This document shows, piece after piece, positions 11,215 to 27,642 of a stretch of DNA of 64,000 nt (the first letter of the stretch is position 1; the number at the start of each line of letters is the position of its first letter). The stretch is from positions 1,152,001 to 1,216,000 of the forward strand of contig CM000153.2 in the NCBI GenBank assembly GCA_000004695.1. The letters run 5' to 3'. The position numbers and the translations under genes were made by a program. This DNA is from Dictyostelium discoideum (lineage: Eukaryota). The notes below the pieces were generated by a model. The model was not told where the DNA came from. It did not search any database and saw nothing but the letters and a program-made list of their open reading frames with translations.

Positions 11215-13945
11215 TAATAATAATGAAAATAAAGATTTGGTTCCATTTGTTAAAGTGGAACAAAATAATGATAAGCAATTAGCAATATATAAAAATGAAT
11301 CAGACGATGATGATGAGGAAGAAGATAATAATAATGATGATAAAGAAAAAAGAAAATACCAATTAAAAGTTTCAACATTTAGAGAAGTAATTGATGTCGA
11401 CCAAATGGATGTAACAACAATTACTACAACAACTACAACTATTAAAAGTGTAAAAACAGTTACTACAAAAACTTTATCACCATTTAGCAAGGCTGCACTG
11501 GCATCAGATGCTTTAAAAAAGAATCAATATAAGGTAAAGACAGAACATCCAATATTAATTAAAGAGGAAGATTATAAAGAATTAGACTCTTTGAAAAATA
11601 CCTCCAATAATGATCAACTAAATGATTCTTCATTATTTAGTAATTCATGTCTTGATATTGTTCCATTTGAAATTAGTGATGATGAAGCAGATGAAGACGA
11701 TGACAATTTAACAGGTTTAAATGGGCAAAAATTATTATTTTTAGAAGATGGTAAACCAACAAATAATGGTAATAGTAATAATACTCTTGCAGCAGCAGCA
11801 ACAACAACAACAACAACAACTACTACTACTACTACTACTTCACCTTTTCAAAGTAGTCCACCATCTTCACCATTATCACAACCAATTAAATCTATAATCT
11901 CTCAACAAACAACACCTCCAAAAAATGTAAGAAAAAATGATATTTTTGATGAAGATGAAAAATCAAACACATTATCATCACCAATTAAAAAGTTAAAGAC
12001 TGAAAATGACATTCAAAATAATATTGCTGACAGTAATGGTAATAAAAACAAAAACACTACAACCGATAATATTGAAATAATAGTTTTGGATGATAGTGAT
12101 GAAGATTTACCTCAAAATGAACAAACAACGTCAAAATATTTTAAATCAAATGAACAATTATCATCAACAGAGTCAACAAAATCAAAACTAAATCAAATTA
12201 TTTGTAAATTAGAAAAAGAATCGTCACAATCACAACAACTAACAATACCAATAACATCAACAACCTCAACCTCGGACTTAGCACCAACCTCAACCTCGAA
12301 CTCAGCATCAACCTCAACACCAACTATCCAAACTATAAAGACAACGTCAAACCCACTTACAATTCCTGAAATATCATTCTTGAGAAAACCAACGGCTAAT
12401 GAAGAAAAGAAATCTTTATTCAGTGATTCTGAATTATCAACCACTGAAAGTGAGGGATCCTATAATGAAGGTTTTATTTTGTCATCATCATCATCATTAT
12501 TAAAGAAAAGAGTTTTATTTAACATGGAAGGCAATCAATACTATTCACCACCTCAAATTCAAAATAACTCCTCCAGTGACCAAGATGAAGAGTATAATGC
12601 TAGTCTAACTTCACCACCACCATCACCAAAACAACAATACCAAAATCACTATGAACAAAATGAAAAAGGAAATCTTTTTATTAAAGAAGAAAAAGAAAAA
12701 GAAAAAGAAAAAGAAAAAGAAAAAGAAAAAGAAAAAGAAAAAGAATTAGAAAAAGAAAAAGAATTAGAAAAAGAATTAGAAAAAGAAAAAGAATTGGAAA
12801 AAGAAAAAGAATTAAAAAAGAAAAATGATGACGAGGTACAACAAGTACAAGAAAAAGAACATGATGACCATTGTTGTCCAACTCATAACATTGGTGATCA
12901 TTTAACACTTAGTGGTATTGGTAATATTAAAGAACATCAAGACGATGAATCTCTTGGAGATGATGATGAAGAAAAAGAATTTATTCATGATTCTGATTAT
13001 AGTAAAATTGAATTGGCGAAAAAATATAATTATACTGATGATAGAATTAGTCCATTCTTTGATAAAAGTATTAAACCTGGTGTTGAAATGAAAGATATCA
13101 ATATTAATGTTAGTGGTTTTATTAAAGAAGTTCTATCTCAAAAATGTACAGAGGTAATACCAAAGGAAATGTTACAAAACTTTAAATTTATCACTCAATG
13201 GGATAACAAGTTTTTAATTTGCGAAGCAGATGGTATTGTATTGATTTTAGATCAACATGCCGTTTCAGAAAGAATCAAATTGGAAATATTAGAAAGAAAG
13301 TATTTTGGTGAGAATAAATTCGACCTTTGTCCAATGCCAGAGAGAACAAGATGGTCATTAACAGAGTATGAATTGGAACTAATGAGAATCTATACAAAAC
13401 CATTGGAACAATGGGGATTCAAATGGACATTCAATAAAACTTCAATAAACATTTCACAAGTACCAATGTTTTGTTTAGTAGGTTTGGGTGTAAACGATCT
13501 CAGAGAATTTCTTTATCAATTAGAAAGTAGTAAAGGAGCAACTTCAAATAGACCTCCTGCTGCTCATAGAATTTTAGCTTCAAAAGCATGTAGAAGTATG
13601 TATCAATTTTAAAAATTAGTAGTATTAGTTTTATTGAATTTTTCAACACATTAATATTAACTTTTTTTTTTTTTTATAAAAACTAAAAAAAATAGCTGCA
13701 ATTAAATTTGGTAATAAACTTTCAAGAGAGATTTGTATAAAACTATTAGAAGATTTAAATGAATGTAATATTCCATTTCAGTGTGCTCAGTGAGTATTTC
13801 TTTTTTTATTTTATTTTGATTTTTATTTATTATCTCATTATAAATTTACTAATTATTATTAATTTTATTTTTTAGTGGAAGACCAAGTATAATCCCTTTA
13901 ATTAATTATGGTAAACTCTTTAGTTCAGTAAAAGGTTTATATTAA
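8700..13945 (+). CDS. mlh3: DNA mismatch repair protein MutL homologue MLH3; CDS approx join(8700..9621,9797..~10489,~10590..13595,13696..13789,13876..13945) with an unresolved frame break near 10445-10660
   Basis: The N-terminal GHKL ATPase region reads IKKLKEEVSLKVRSSVVIVSLEQAIEEIIFNSIDARAT...VKDNGFGLSYENL...TSKI...TFGYRGESLASLS and matches MLH3 (VIDNGFGM, YGFRGEALA). The C-terminus carries the MutL endonuclease motif DQHAVSERIKLE. After two short 3' introns (GTATGT at 13596, GTGAGT at 13790) the protein ends SKACR-TAIKFGNKL...CNIPFQCAHGRPSIIPL, matching the MLH3-specific AIKFGD...PFQCAHGRPSM. A very long S/T/N/Q/E-rich linker includes an (EK)n tract. The first-intron acceptor was chosen as the first phase-compatible AG (9796), which is uncertain. 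The ORF frame switches between 9832..10662 and 10445..13612; see findings. Confidence 0.75.
12686..12830 (+). repeat. (GAAAAA)n / GAATTAGAAAAA-type hexamer array inside mlh3 CDS encoding (EK)n-ELEKEKELEK
   Basis: The direct tandem gaaaaa gaaaaa ... is visible and translates to KEEKEKEKEKEKEKEKEKELEKEKELEKELEKEKELEKEKELKKK in the mlh3 frame. Confidence 0.8.
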
Positions 13946-14069
13946 TTTTAAATTTTTTAATAAATAAATGTAAATTTAAAAAGTAAATTTTTTTTTTTTT
14001 TTTTTAATTTTTTAATTTATTTATTTATTTGTTTGGAAATTTGTAATTTCCCTAATTTAAGAGTGTATA

Positions 14070-14305
14070 TTAATAATTTGTTAAAGCAACTTGTTTTTGA
14101 AAAGAAGGATAAAAATTTTTCTTTGGATATTTGAGGGCAGAAGAGGTTGTTGTTGCTACTGCCCCAAAATCACCATTATCATTATTATTATTTTCATTAT
14201 CATTGTTAATATCATTATCATTATTTTCATTATTATTATTATTATTATTATTGTTATTATTATCCTCATCATTATTAATATTATTAATAATATTACTATT
14301 ATTAC

Positions 14306-14375
<70 letters not shown>

Positions 14376-14393
14376 AATATTATTAATATTATT

Positions 14394-14424
<31 letters not shown>

Positions 14425-15758
14425 TTGATATTATTATTATTATTATTTGTGTTTGTATTATTTAGAAAATAATTATTATTATTATTAATATTATTTAATT
14501 CCAATTTTTTAAAAGTTTTTATTGTTTCGTTAAATGTTGAAGAGGTTAGCTTTTGTTGATCCTTTTTTGGATCTTTATTTTCTTTAATTTGTACAGTTTT
14601 ATTGTTATTATTATTATTATAATTATAATTATTAATATCGAAGTTTTTTGGAGGTTGAACTTGTTGAGTTGGATACCAATAGTTTCCATGAGGATTAACA
14701 TTTCCTAATCCCATTACGTTTGTTGAATTATTTTCATAAAATTCTTTCATCATTTCAATATCGGTTAATTTTAATTCATACTCTTTGGCATTTGTATTGG
14801 ATCTACAATATAATTTATCAAATAATACTTTTCTGAACTATAATTTTTAAATAAAAAAAAAAAGAAAATTATTTATTATTAATATAAATATATATTTCAA
14901 ATTATTATTACTATTTATTATTTATTATTTATTATTTACATTAATTTTTGAGAAATAACTGTGTGGTGAAATTGTATAATATAAATCCTCATTTCCTTTG
15001 TCAGAAATATAAATTGGTCTACCATCAGTTGAGAATCTATCAAAACCTAAATAAAAACTAACTTGATCGACATCTACACCATAGTATTTTTTTATTAATT
15101 GATTTTTAGTTGGTCTATAATTATATTTTTCAAAAAAGTCTATTGAATTTTCAATGATTGTTTGTGATGGCTCTTGAATTGTTGTTCCAAATAAAATGGT
15201 GTGGGATATGTTATCTTTAGTTAATTCCATTATTTTATTGAAAGTTTCAAGTAGAATTGGATCATTACCACGTTCTAATAATTTTATATATTCTCCATAG
15301 AATATTACACGAATACCACATTCTTTGTATAATTTTACCAATGTTTCATTTTCAAGTAATGCCTTTAATCCACTTAAATATTTAATAAACTTTGGTAAAT
15401 ATTCTGGCCCACGATCTTCAAGTGTGCAAAACCACATTGGATAAACTATTGTCTTTATACCATGTTTAAACATCATAACCAAATCAAATAATAATTTTGA
15501 AATTGCCGTTTTACAATAATCATCATAATCAATTGTAGTTTTTTCATCTTTTCCAGTAAATTTGCATTTATTATTATGAATTCCATTAGTTTGTAATTTA
15601 GAAATTGTATTTTCAATTAAGTAAGATCTTCTTGTACCATCATATGCATAAACCATAGTATTGCAATTATTTAATCTTGAGTTTATAATTTTACTAATCT
15701 CATTATCTGTTAATTTATTAAATTCTTGAAAATTACTATAATGGGATATTGGTGTCAT
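14070..15758 (-). CDS. paralogue A of a lineage-specific protein family (distant cis-prenyltransferase/UPPS-like fold?) with internal poly-N; CDS join(15758..14940,14837..14070)
   Basis: Exon 1 reads MTPISHYSNFQ...MVYAYDGTRRSYLI...IVYPMWFCTLEDRGPEYLPKFIKYL...GIRVIFYGEY...FYLGFDRFSTDGRPIYISDKG...SPHSYFSKIN with a GTAAAT donor at 14939. Exon 2 follows TTATAG (ending 14838) and reads FRKVLFDKLYCRSNTNAKEYELKLTDIEMMKEFYENNS...poly-N...ALKYPKKNFYPSFQKQVALTNY*. It is about 528 aa. A second copy lies 3 kb away (next feature). Spacing of xAYDGTRRSY / VYPMWFxxLE / GIRVIFYG weakly recalls the DGNRR, TxYAFSxEN and R(V/L)xxGD motifs of UPP synthase/NgBR; this is a hypothesis only. Confidence 0.7.
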
Positions 15759-16357
15759 GATTTATATATAATTATTTTATAATTATTATTATTTATTATT
15801 TATTATTATTATTTTACTTCCTTGTTGTTAAAAATTGTTAATTTTTTTTTTTTTTTTTATATTTATTATTTTAAATACTTTTTAATTTGAAAATTATTAT
15901 AATTTAAATTATTATTTAAAAAATTTAATATTTATTAAAACAAATGATTTGATCAAGATTTATTGAAAAAAAAAAAAAATTATAAATAAATAAATTTTAA
16001 AACAAAAAATAAAAATAAAACAAAATTTAAAAAAATATAAATAAATTTTAAATAATACACGTGGGTGTAAAATAAAATAAAATAAAAAAATAAAATTTAA
16101 AATGAAATAAAAAAATTTTAAGAAGAATCTATAACAAGAGTATGTAGGAAGTATATTTTAATATTAAAAAATGTGGGAAGGGTGATATACTTGAGAAATT
16201 AAAAATTATGATAATTTAATTATTTAAAATTTATTATAAAAAAATAAAATAAATGTTTTTATAACCTTTGTGATGATAATACTGATAAATCAAAGATATA
16301 ATTAAAGATTGATCTAATCGATTATTATAAAATATATATACGAGGTTTATATTTTTT

Positions 16358-16388
<31 letters not shown>

Positions 16389-16540
16389 TTTTAAAAAAAA
16401 AATAATAAAAATAAAAAGAAAATATGAAATGATTGTATTTGAGTGATGATAAAAAAAAAAATTAAAGTTAACAATTGTTTTAACTAAAAAAAAAAATAAA
16501 AAATAAAAAAAATAAAAATTTTAAAATAGAATAAAAATAG

Positions 16541-16576
<36 letters not shown>

Positions 16577-18093
16577 ATTAAAATTTAGGGAAAAAATTTA
16601 TGGTTTGAAAAAAATTATATGTTTGTTTTTAATTTTTTAAATTTGGATAATAAAAATCAAATAAAATTGAAAATAATATTTTTGGTTTGAACAAATTGTT
16701 ATAGATTATTGCTCTACACAATTAATAAATAATTTACAAAATTATTTATTTAAAACCTTTAAATTTACAAATAACTATATACGAAAAAAAAAAATTAAAT
16801 AAAAAAATAATAAAAAAAAAATGAAATAATTAAAAATTTTAATATTAAAATAAGAGAAAAAAAAAAAGTATTAAGTAATACTCAAAATAGCAACATAAAA
16901 AATAATAAAAATAATAATAATAATAAAAAAAAAAAAAAAAAAAAAAAAATCGTCAAAATAACAAACATACCAATAATTCCAACCACATAAAAAATATTAT
17001 AATTTAACAATACTATAAATATAATTATCCATTCATTATAATTATCATTATTTAAATTTTTAATTATCAACTCTTCAATTCACACAAATTAATAGTATTC
17101 ACCACCCTTTTTGGAATCCTCATTAGATTTTTATTCTATAAATTTTAATGAACAAAAATGAGAGAAGAATTTTATTATTTAAAAAAAAAATAAAATAAAA
17201 TAAAAAAAAATTAAATAAAAAAAAAAATAAAAAAAAAAAAACAATCAACTACAAATTCATCAACGATTTTTTAAAGTATATGTGTGAAAATTAATTTTTA
17301 AAAATCATTTAAGTATAAGAGGGTATAAGTTTAATTATTTATATGAGAGAGTTTATGAATAATCTGTTAAAAGATTTATAAATATTTTTTTTTTTTTTTT
17401 TTTTTTGTTTGTGTTAATAAAGGTGTTGTTTTTACTTGTATTTTTTTTGGGGGGGTAGTTAAGTGGTATTCAGTAATATTTTTTTGGAAAATTAACGGAG
17501 ATAATATGTTGATTTATCGAATACAATCTTTTGAACATTTATGTGTTAAAAGTTAACCCTAAAATGGAATATTTTAAAATGAAAAAATATTAAAAGTAGG
17601 ATAAATTGTGGAAAGTATTTATTTTGATAAATAGTTGTAAGGTTTTATTATACCTTTATCATCATATGTATCATCATTTTCTAATTTGTGGATTTTTAAT
17701 ATTAACAACATATTTTTTTAAAAAGGGTGAAAAAAAAAAATAAAAAATAAAAAATAAAAACAATTTGGCAGTTGTAATTTAATTATTTTACAAATATAAA
17801 ATAACAATAACAAGAAAAAAAAAAGAAAAAAAAAAAGAAAAAAAAAGAAAAAGATACATTAACATCAACATCAACATTAGGAAAAAATACATACATGTAT
17901 AGGTATATATTTAAATACACACACTTATTCAAAATTAGAAATTTTAACCATTTGCGCTCTAATCATATTTTTTTTCATGTTTCCATTTTAAATCATTACT
18001 AATTATTGAAAATCTACATTTAGAATTGAATGGGTATCAAAGGGTTTAAATTATTTTTTGTATTATAATTTTAATTCTTTAAATATAAATAAA

Positions 18094-18129
<36 letters not shown>

Positions 18130-18816
18130 GTGAACAAACTATTACACCATTGAATAATCATATTATTTAAAATTCATTAGTTATGGTGATTGGTAAATTA
18201 TCATAAACAAAACGATTAGTTGTATTCTCGCAATTCTTTCAAATTCCAACATTTCTATTTTAATAATTATTTTCAAATGAATTTTAAGTGGTGTTTTATG
18301 AGAAAAAAATAAATAATATTCTAATGGTAAATAATCATTTTTAAATATATTGGTGGTTAAAAGATTTATTTAATTTTTGTCTTGTGTTGTTTATTATTTG
18401 AATTTGGTTTTTTTTTTTTTTTTATTTTTTTTTTATTTTTTTATAATTATTTGTTTATAATTATTTGTTTTATAAATATTATTTTTTGATTGGGTAAATG
18501 TTTGACTTGTAAAATTAAGTTTGAAAAAAAAATAAAATAAAATAAAATAAAATTATTTTTTATATTTAATGAATGTGTTTATTTGAATTTGAAAAGTCAA
18601 AAAACTAAAAAAAAATAAAAAAAAATTATCTTTTGGAAAGTGTTTCTATTTTTAGAATAAATGCACAGTAATTTTTTAACAGATAAAAAAAAAAAAAAAA
18701 AAAAATCATTTTTTTTTTTTATTCATATTTGTATTTTTTTATTTTTTTATTTTATTTTTTATTTATTTAAAATTATAAAAAATATATTTTATATTATACA
18801 TTAAAAAAATCAATTA

Positions 18817-18843
<27 letters not shown>

Positions 18844-18849
<6 letters not shown>

Positions 18850-18989
18850 AAATTTGTCAAGGTATCTTGGTGATGATGGTGATCCCATTGAAATGTTTTG
18901 TTTAATTGTTAATGTTTGACAATATTGATATTGATTTTCTTCATTTATAAATGAATTATGTTGTTTACATCCCATTAAATTATTATTAC

Positions 18990-19046
<57 letters not shown>

Positions 19047-20176
19047 TACCATTATTATTACTACCATTATTACTATTATTACCATTATTACTATTACTAT
19101 TATTGTTATTATTATTATTTAAATTTGAATTAATATCAAGTTGTTTGAAGAGTTTAAATGCTTCATTTGTTGGTGATGATAAAACTATAGTTTGATTATC
19201 ATCATAATTTGGTTTTTCTATTGATTTTTGAGGTAATTCAACTTGAGGGCTAGGATGCCAATAATTTCCATTTGGGTTTACATTACCAATACCCATTATA
19301 TTATTTGAATTATTTTCATAAAATTTTTTCATCATTTCAATATCATTAACTTTTAATTCATATTCTTTAGCATTTGTTATAGTTCTTTGATAAATATGAT
19401 CATATAAAACTTTTCTAAACTAAAACATTATTTAAGTTAATATTATTAGGGAATTGAATATAATTTAATTAAATTAAAAAAAAAATAAAAAAAAAATAAA
19501 AAAAAAAACATACTCCATTAGTTGATAAGAAAGAATGTGGTGAAACTGTATAATATAAATCTTCTGCACCTTTATCAGATATTAAAATTGGTCTTCCATC
19601 TGTGGAAAATCTATCAAATCCTAAATAAAATGATACATCATCAATTTGGGTATTAACACCATAATAATGTTGAATTAAATCATTTTTAGTTGGTTCTGAG
19701 GAAAAAAAAAAAAAAAAAAAGGGAGAAAGGGGGGAAGGGGTTAGAAGTTGATCGAAAAACAAAATTTTCAAATAAAAAAAATTAAATATTAAAAAATGAA
19801 AAACATACCCCTTCCAAATTTTTTATAAAATGATAATGTATTATTAATTATAGTTTGAGATGGTTCTTCGATATTAGTACCTAATAATAATATTTTATTT
19901 GAATTATTTTTTGTTTTATCCATAATCTCTTCGAATTTTGATAAAAGTTCATTATCATTACCACGTTCTAATAATTTTTTATATTCACCATAAAATATAA
20001 TTCTAACCCCATTCTCTTGAAATAATTTAAAAAAATCATAATTTGGATCTAACAACTTTGATAAACCCCATAAATATTGAATAAACTTTGGCAAATATTC
20101 TGGCCCACGTTTTTCTAATGTACAAAACCACATTGGGTAAACAATATTTTTAATTCCATGCTAAAAAAAAAAAAAA

Positions 20177-20216
<40 letters not shown>

Positions 20217-20651
20217 TAATTAATTATAAATAAATAATAAAATAAAATGGAAATTAAGTAATTAAAAACTTACTTGGAACATCATAATTGATAAATATAA
20301 AAAATTATGAACTGCGGTCTTACTATATTCATTGTAATCAATTTTAATTTCTGTATTTTTATTATTATTAATATTATTATTATTACTATTATTATTATTA
20401 TTTGAAATATTATTTGAATTATTATTTAAATTATTATAATTGGCAGAATTTGAAGTATTGGCAGATGTAGCCAATGGAGAATTACAAACTTTTAAATTTT
20501 TTAAACCTTGAGAAATGAGATAAGATCTTCTAGTACCATCGTAGGCAAAAACCATTGTTGAATTTTCACCTTTTAAAGAGGTATATAATTTTGAAATTTC
20601 ATCATTTGAAAGTTTATAAAAATTTTCTTCTAAAATATTATTATTGGTCAT
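18844..20651 (-). CDS. paralogue B of the same family; CDS join(20651..20274,20160..19809,19695..19514,19419..18844)
   Basis: Exon 1 reads MTNNNILEENFYKLSNDEISK...MVFAYDGTRRSYLI...poly-N...LYLSIMMFQ with a GTAAGT donor. Exon 2 reads HGIKNIVYPMWFCTLEKRGPEYLPKFIQYL...VRIIFYGEYKKLLERGND...KKFGR and ends at a GTATGT donor in phase 1. Exon 3 reads EPTKNDLIQHYYGVNTQIDDVSFYLGFDRFSTDGRPILISDKGAEDLYYTVSPHSFLSTNG with a GTATGT donor. Exon 4 reads FRKVLYDHIYQRTITNAKEYELKVNDIEMMKKFYENNS...*. It is about 495 aa and colinear with paralogue A, but has three introns against one in A. Confidence 0.7.
19691..19760. other. G-rich block (gggagaaaggggggaaggggttag) inside intron 2 of paralogue B; atypical composition
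   Basis: Runs of 4-6 G in a genome with about 22% G+C. It lies within the intron between exons 2 and 3. Confidence 0.5.
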
Positions 20652-21251
20652 TTTTAAAAAAAGTAAAGTTGGAAAAAAAAAAAAAATAAAAAAATAAAAA
20701 ATATATAAAAAAAATTAATTTTTAAAAACGATTTGTTTAATTTTTGATGTCTTTTGAAATAATCTGATTGTGTTATTGTTAATTTTATTTTTATTATAAA
20801 CAACAAAAAAAAAAAAGTTTTCTTTTATTTTAATTTTTTGTTTTTTTTTTTTTTTGTTTTTTTTTTTTATTTTTTTATTTTGTATATTTTTTATTATTAT
20901 TTTATAATACTATTAAAAAAAAAAAAACTCTAAAAAAAATAAAAAATTTTATATCTTTTTAATAAATGATTTTTGAGTTTTAAATGAATGAAAATAAAAT
21001 GTTAAATAAAAAGAGTTCTGTATAATCCAATTTATACTAAAAGATCTCTGCGAGAGATTGGGAAAAAAAAAAAAATAAAAAAAAAAATAAAAAAAAAAAT
21101 AAAAAATAAAAAATAAAAAATAAAAAATAAAATAATATAAAATAAATTGTTAATATCACAATGCCAATAAAAAAGTGATTTTTGTTAGATTATAAAAATT
21201 AAACTTTACCAATATTAATAGTATGGTGTATATAATTATAATAATTATTAT

Positions 21252-21284
<33 letters not shown>

Positions 21285-22587
21285 CTTTACCCCTTAAAAA
21301 ATAAATCGTGAATTCAACTTGGTACCTGTTTTCAATAAAAAAATTTTCTAGCTATTTACTCCCTTACACCTCATCAAGAAATAAAATTATTGGTTTTTTA
21401 AAGGATAATTATTTTTTTTTAAAAAAAAAAATAAAAAAAAAAAAAAAATCTCAACCTAATATTTTTGACTAATATTATTTTGTGGTTTGACAATTTAAAC
21501 CACACACCAAAATTAAATTTAGACGTAATAACATATGAGCCCTACTTTATTTCATAATTTTATTTTTATCTTTTGGAAGATATTCACAAATTTATTTAAT
21601 TAAAAAAAAATAAAAAAATAAAAAAAACAATTAAAAATATAAACCAATAAAAAAAATGTTTGACCTTAAATGTTTGTGGTGTTAATTCGGATTTTTTTTG
21701 TGATTATCTTTTTTTTTTTTTTTTTTAAAAATTAAAAAAACAAAAAAAAAAAAAAAAATTAAAAAACAATTATAATACACACTGCACAAAATTAAAAAGA
21801 GTTAAACAAAAAAAAAAAACCAACCTAAAGGTAAGAACGAATCTTTATCAATACAACCAAAATATTTCAATAGATCATAAATTTTATTTTAATTTTTTTT
21901 TTAAATATTAAAAAAATGATAATTGTAGAAATTTAATATAATTTTAGAGAGCAACTCGTGAGGTTTACTCAAATTTACAAACTTTAACTTGGAAAAAAAA
22001 TAATAAAAAAAATAATAATAAAAAAAATTGTAATTTAAAATTAAAAGAGTTTAATATAAACGATAATTAATTAATGTGATTGAATTTTTTTTTTTTTACA
22101 AATAAAAAAAATAAAATAAAAAATCAATAATTGTAGTGGTGGCTCATTTTTAATCAGACTTCCTCATTGTTGTGTTTATTTGTGGCTACCACAAAACTAG
22201 ATTTTTTTTTTTTTTTTTGATTTTATTTTAACGATTAAATCGCTTCAAATAAAATTTAAGTAAAATAAAAGGGAAAAAAAAAAAAAATCAATCCTGTCTC
22301 AAAATGATTAAATCACAATCTTTTTTTTTCTTTGATTTAAAATGGACTTTATAAAAATAGCCCACGGTTTGTAGAGAAAAAAAAATAAAAAAAAAATAAA
22401 AAAAATAAAAAAAAATTTTATTATAATAATCAATTTCATCTTTAATATTTATTCATTTTAATTAATTATTGTCATCAATATTATTATTATTATTTTTTTT
22501 TTTTTTTTTTTTTTTTTTATTTTATTTTATTTTATTTTTTATTTTATTTTATTTTATTTTTTTTTTTTTTTTTTATTTTATTTTATT

Positions 22588-22619
<32 letters not shown>

Positions 22620-22976
22620 ATTTTATTTTATTATATTTTTAAAAATATCTATCTACGATTACTATTTTCTGTTATTATTATTTATTATCAATTTTTAAAA
22701 AAAAAAAAAAAAAAAAAAAATTGGAACTCAATTTTTTTTTTTTTTTTCCGAAACCTGGTAAGAAAATAAGACAATTATTATTATTATTATTATTTTTAAA
22801 AGTTTTTTTTTTTTATTTTATTTTTTTTTATACACTATATATTTAGTAATATTACCAAACAAACCATGATTGATTATGATTAAATTATTTGTTTTTTTTT
22901 TTTTTTTTTTTTTTTTGTTTGTTTTCTTTTTTTTTTTTTTCAACAAATTTTAATTATATTAATTATTGAAAACCAC

Positions 22977-24878
<1,902 letters not shown>

Positions 24879-24926
24879 TTTGTTTATATCACAATCTTAT
24901 AATGAGTAAATAAATTGAAAAAAATG

Positions 24927-24958
<32 letters not shown>

Positions 24959-25036
24959 TTTCCATTTTTTTTTTTTTTTTTATTTTTTTTTTTATTTTTT
25001 TTTTTTTCCAAATCACACGAAATTCAAAGCCTCGCT

Positions 25037-25076
<40 letters not shown>

Positions 25077-25276
25077 CGTATTTTATTTGTTTTTTTCATT
25101 GACACAACTATTTTTTTGTTTTTTTTTAATTTTTATTTTTTAAAGTAGTACTACAAAAATTTTTTTTTTTTTTTATTAGTTCAGTTTTAAAAAATAATAT
25201 AAATAACAATAATAAAATACAAAATACAAAAAAGAATTCAAAAAACGAAACAATAATAATAATAATATAGCAAAAA

Positions 25277-25982
25277 ATGAATAATATGATAAGAAGTAGT
25301 ATTTCAAATATTATTAAAGGTGCTACATATACACAACGTTTTGCATCTACATCAACAACAACACAAGTTGCATCAGGATCAACCATAATCAATAACAATA
25401 AAAGAGGATTAAAAGACTTTTTTGAACATACATATCCAATTGGAACATATCCATTAGCAGGTCGTTCATGGGCTGCTTCTGATCTTCGTGGTAAATCTTT
25501 CAATGATTTACATGAACTTTGGTTCGAATTATTAAAAGAAAGAAATAAGCTTTTAACTGAAAAAGAAATAACTAAAAATAATCAACTTCAAAATCCACAA
25601 CGTGTTACAAAGGTAAATAATAAATAATAATAAATAATAATAAATATTAAATAATAAATAATAATTATATATTTATATTTGTTTATTTATTATGTGGTGG
25701 TTAAAATATATATTTTAGGTTAGAAAATCAATGGCAGCAATTAAAGTAGTTTTAGGTGAAAGAGATCAATTAAGCAAAAGTTTATATTTATTAGCAAAAG
25801 CAAGTCAAGATGGAAATCACAAAAAAGTTAAAGAATTAAAAGAAAATATTAAAAGATTAAATAAACTTGTTGGTGCTGTTTCTCTTAAACCAGGTTTAAA
25901 AGAACTTGAAAGTTTACAAGATACCATCAAAGTAGATGAAACTTTAGAAAAGAATATAGATTTATTATTAAAACAAAACTAA
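25277..25982 (+). CDS. mrpl47: mitochondrial ribosomal protein L47 (uL29m family); CDS join(25277..25612,25719..25982)
   Basis: Exon 1 reads MNNMIRSS...RGLKDFFEHTYPIGTYPLAGRSWAASDLRGKSFNDLHELWFELLKERNKLLTEKE...QRVTK and matches the MRP-L47 signature RSWxAxELRxKSxxDLHxLWYxLLKEKNML. A GTAAAT donor is at 25613. Exon 2 follows TTTTAG (25718) and reads VRKSMAAIKVVLGERDQLSKS...LLKQN*. It is 200 aa with an N-terminal presequence. Confidence 0.8.
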
Positions 25983-26220
25983 AAATAAATCAATTTAATA
26001 TATAAGAAAAAAAAAAAAACAAAGAAAAAAGTAATAATAAAAATAAAAAAATAAAAAAAAAACAAAAAAACAAAAAAAAAAAAAAACAAAAAAGAATAAT
26101 TTATTTAAATTTACAATATGTACAGTTTTTTTATTTGTTGTTGTTGTTGTTGTTGTTGTTGTTTTATATGTTTTAAAGGAAATATTATGAGGAGGAATGA
26201 TAGAAAAAAAAAAAAAAAAA

Positions 26221-27642
<1,422 letters not shown>

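Noticed and set aside
15759-18843. Possible retrotransposon or tRNA gene in the 3-kb ORF-free gap
   Set aside because: There is no ORF over 62 aa and no RT, integrase or gag motifs. No 70-90-nt G+C-rich cloverleaf candidate was found by eye. The G7 run at 17448 looks like the same artefact class as 43563..43830.
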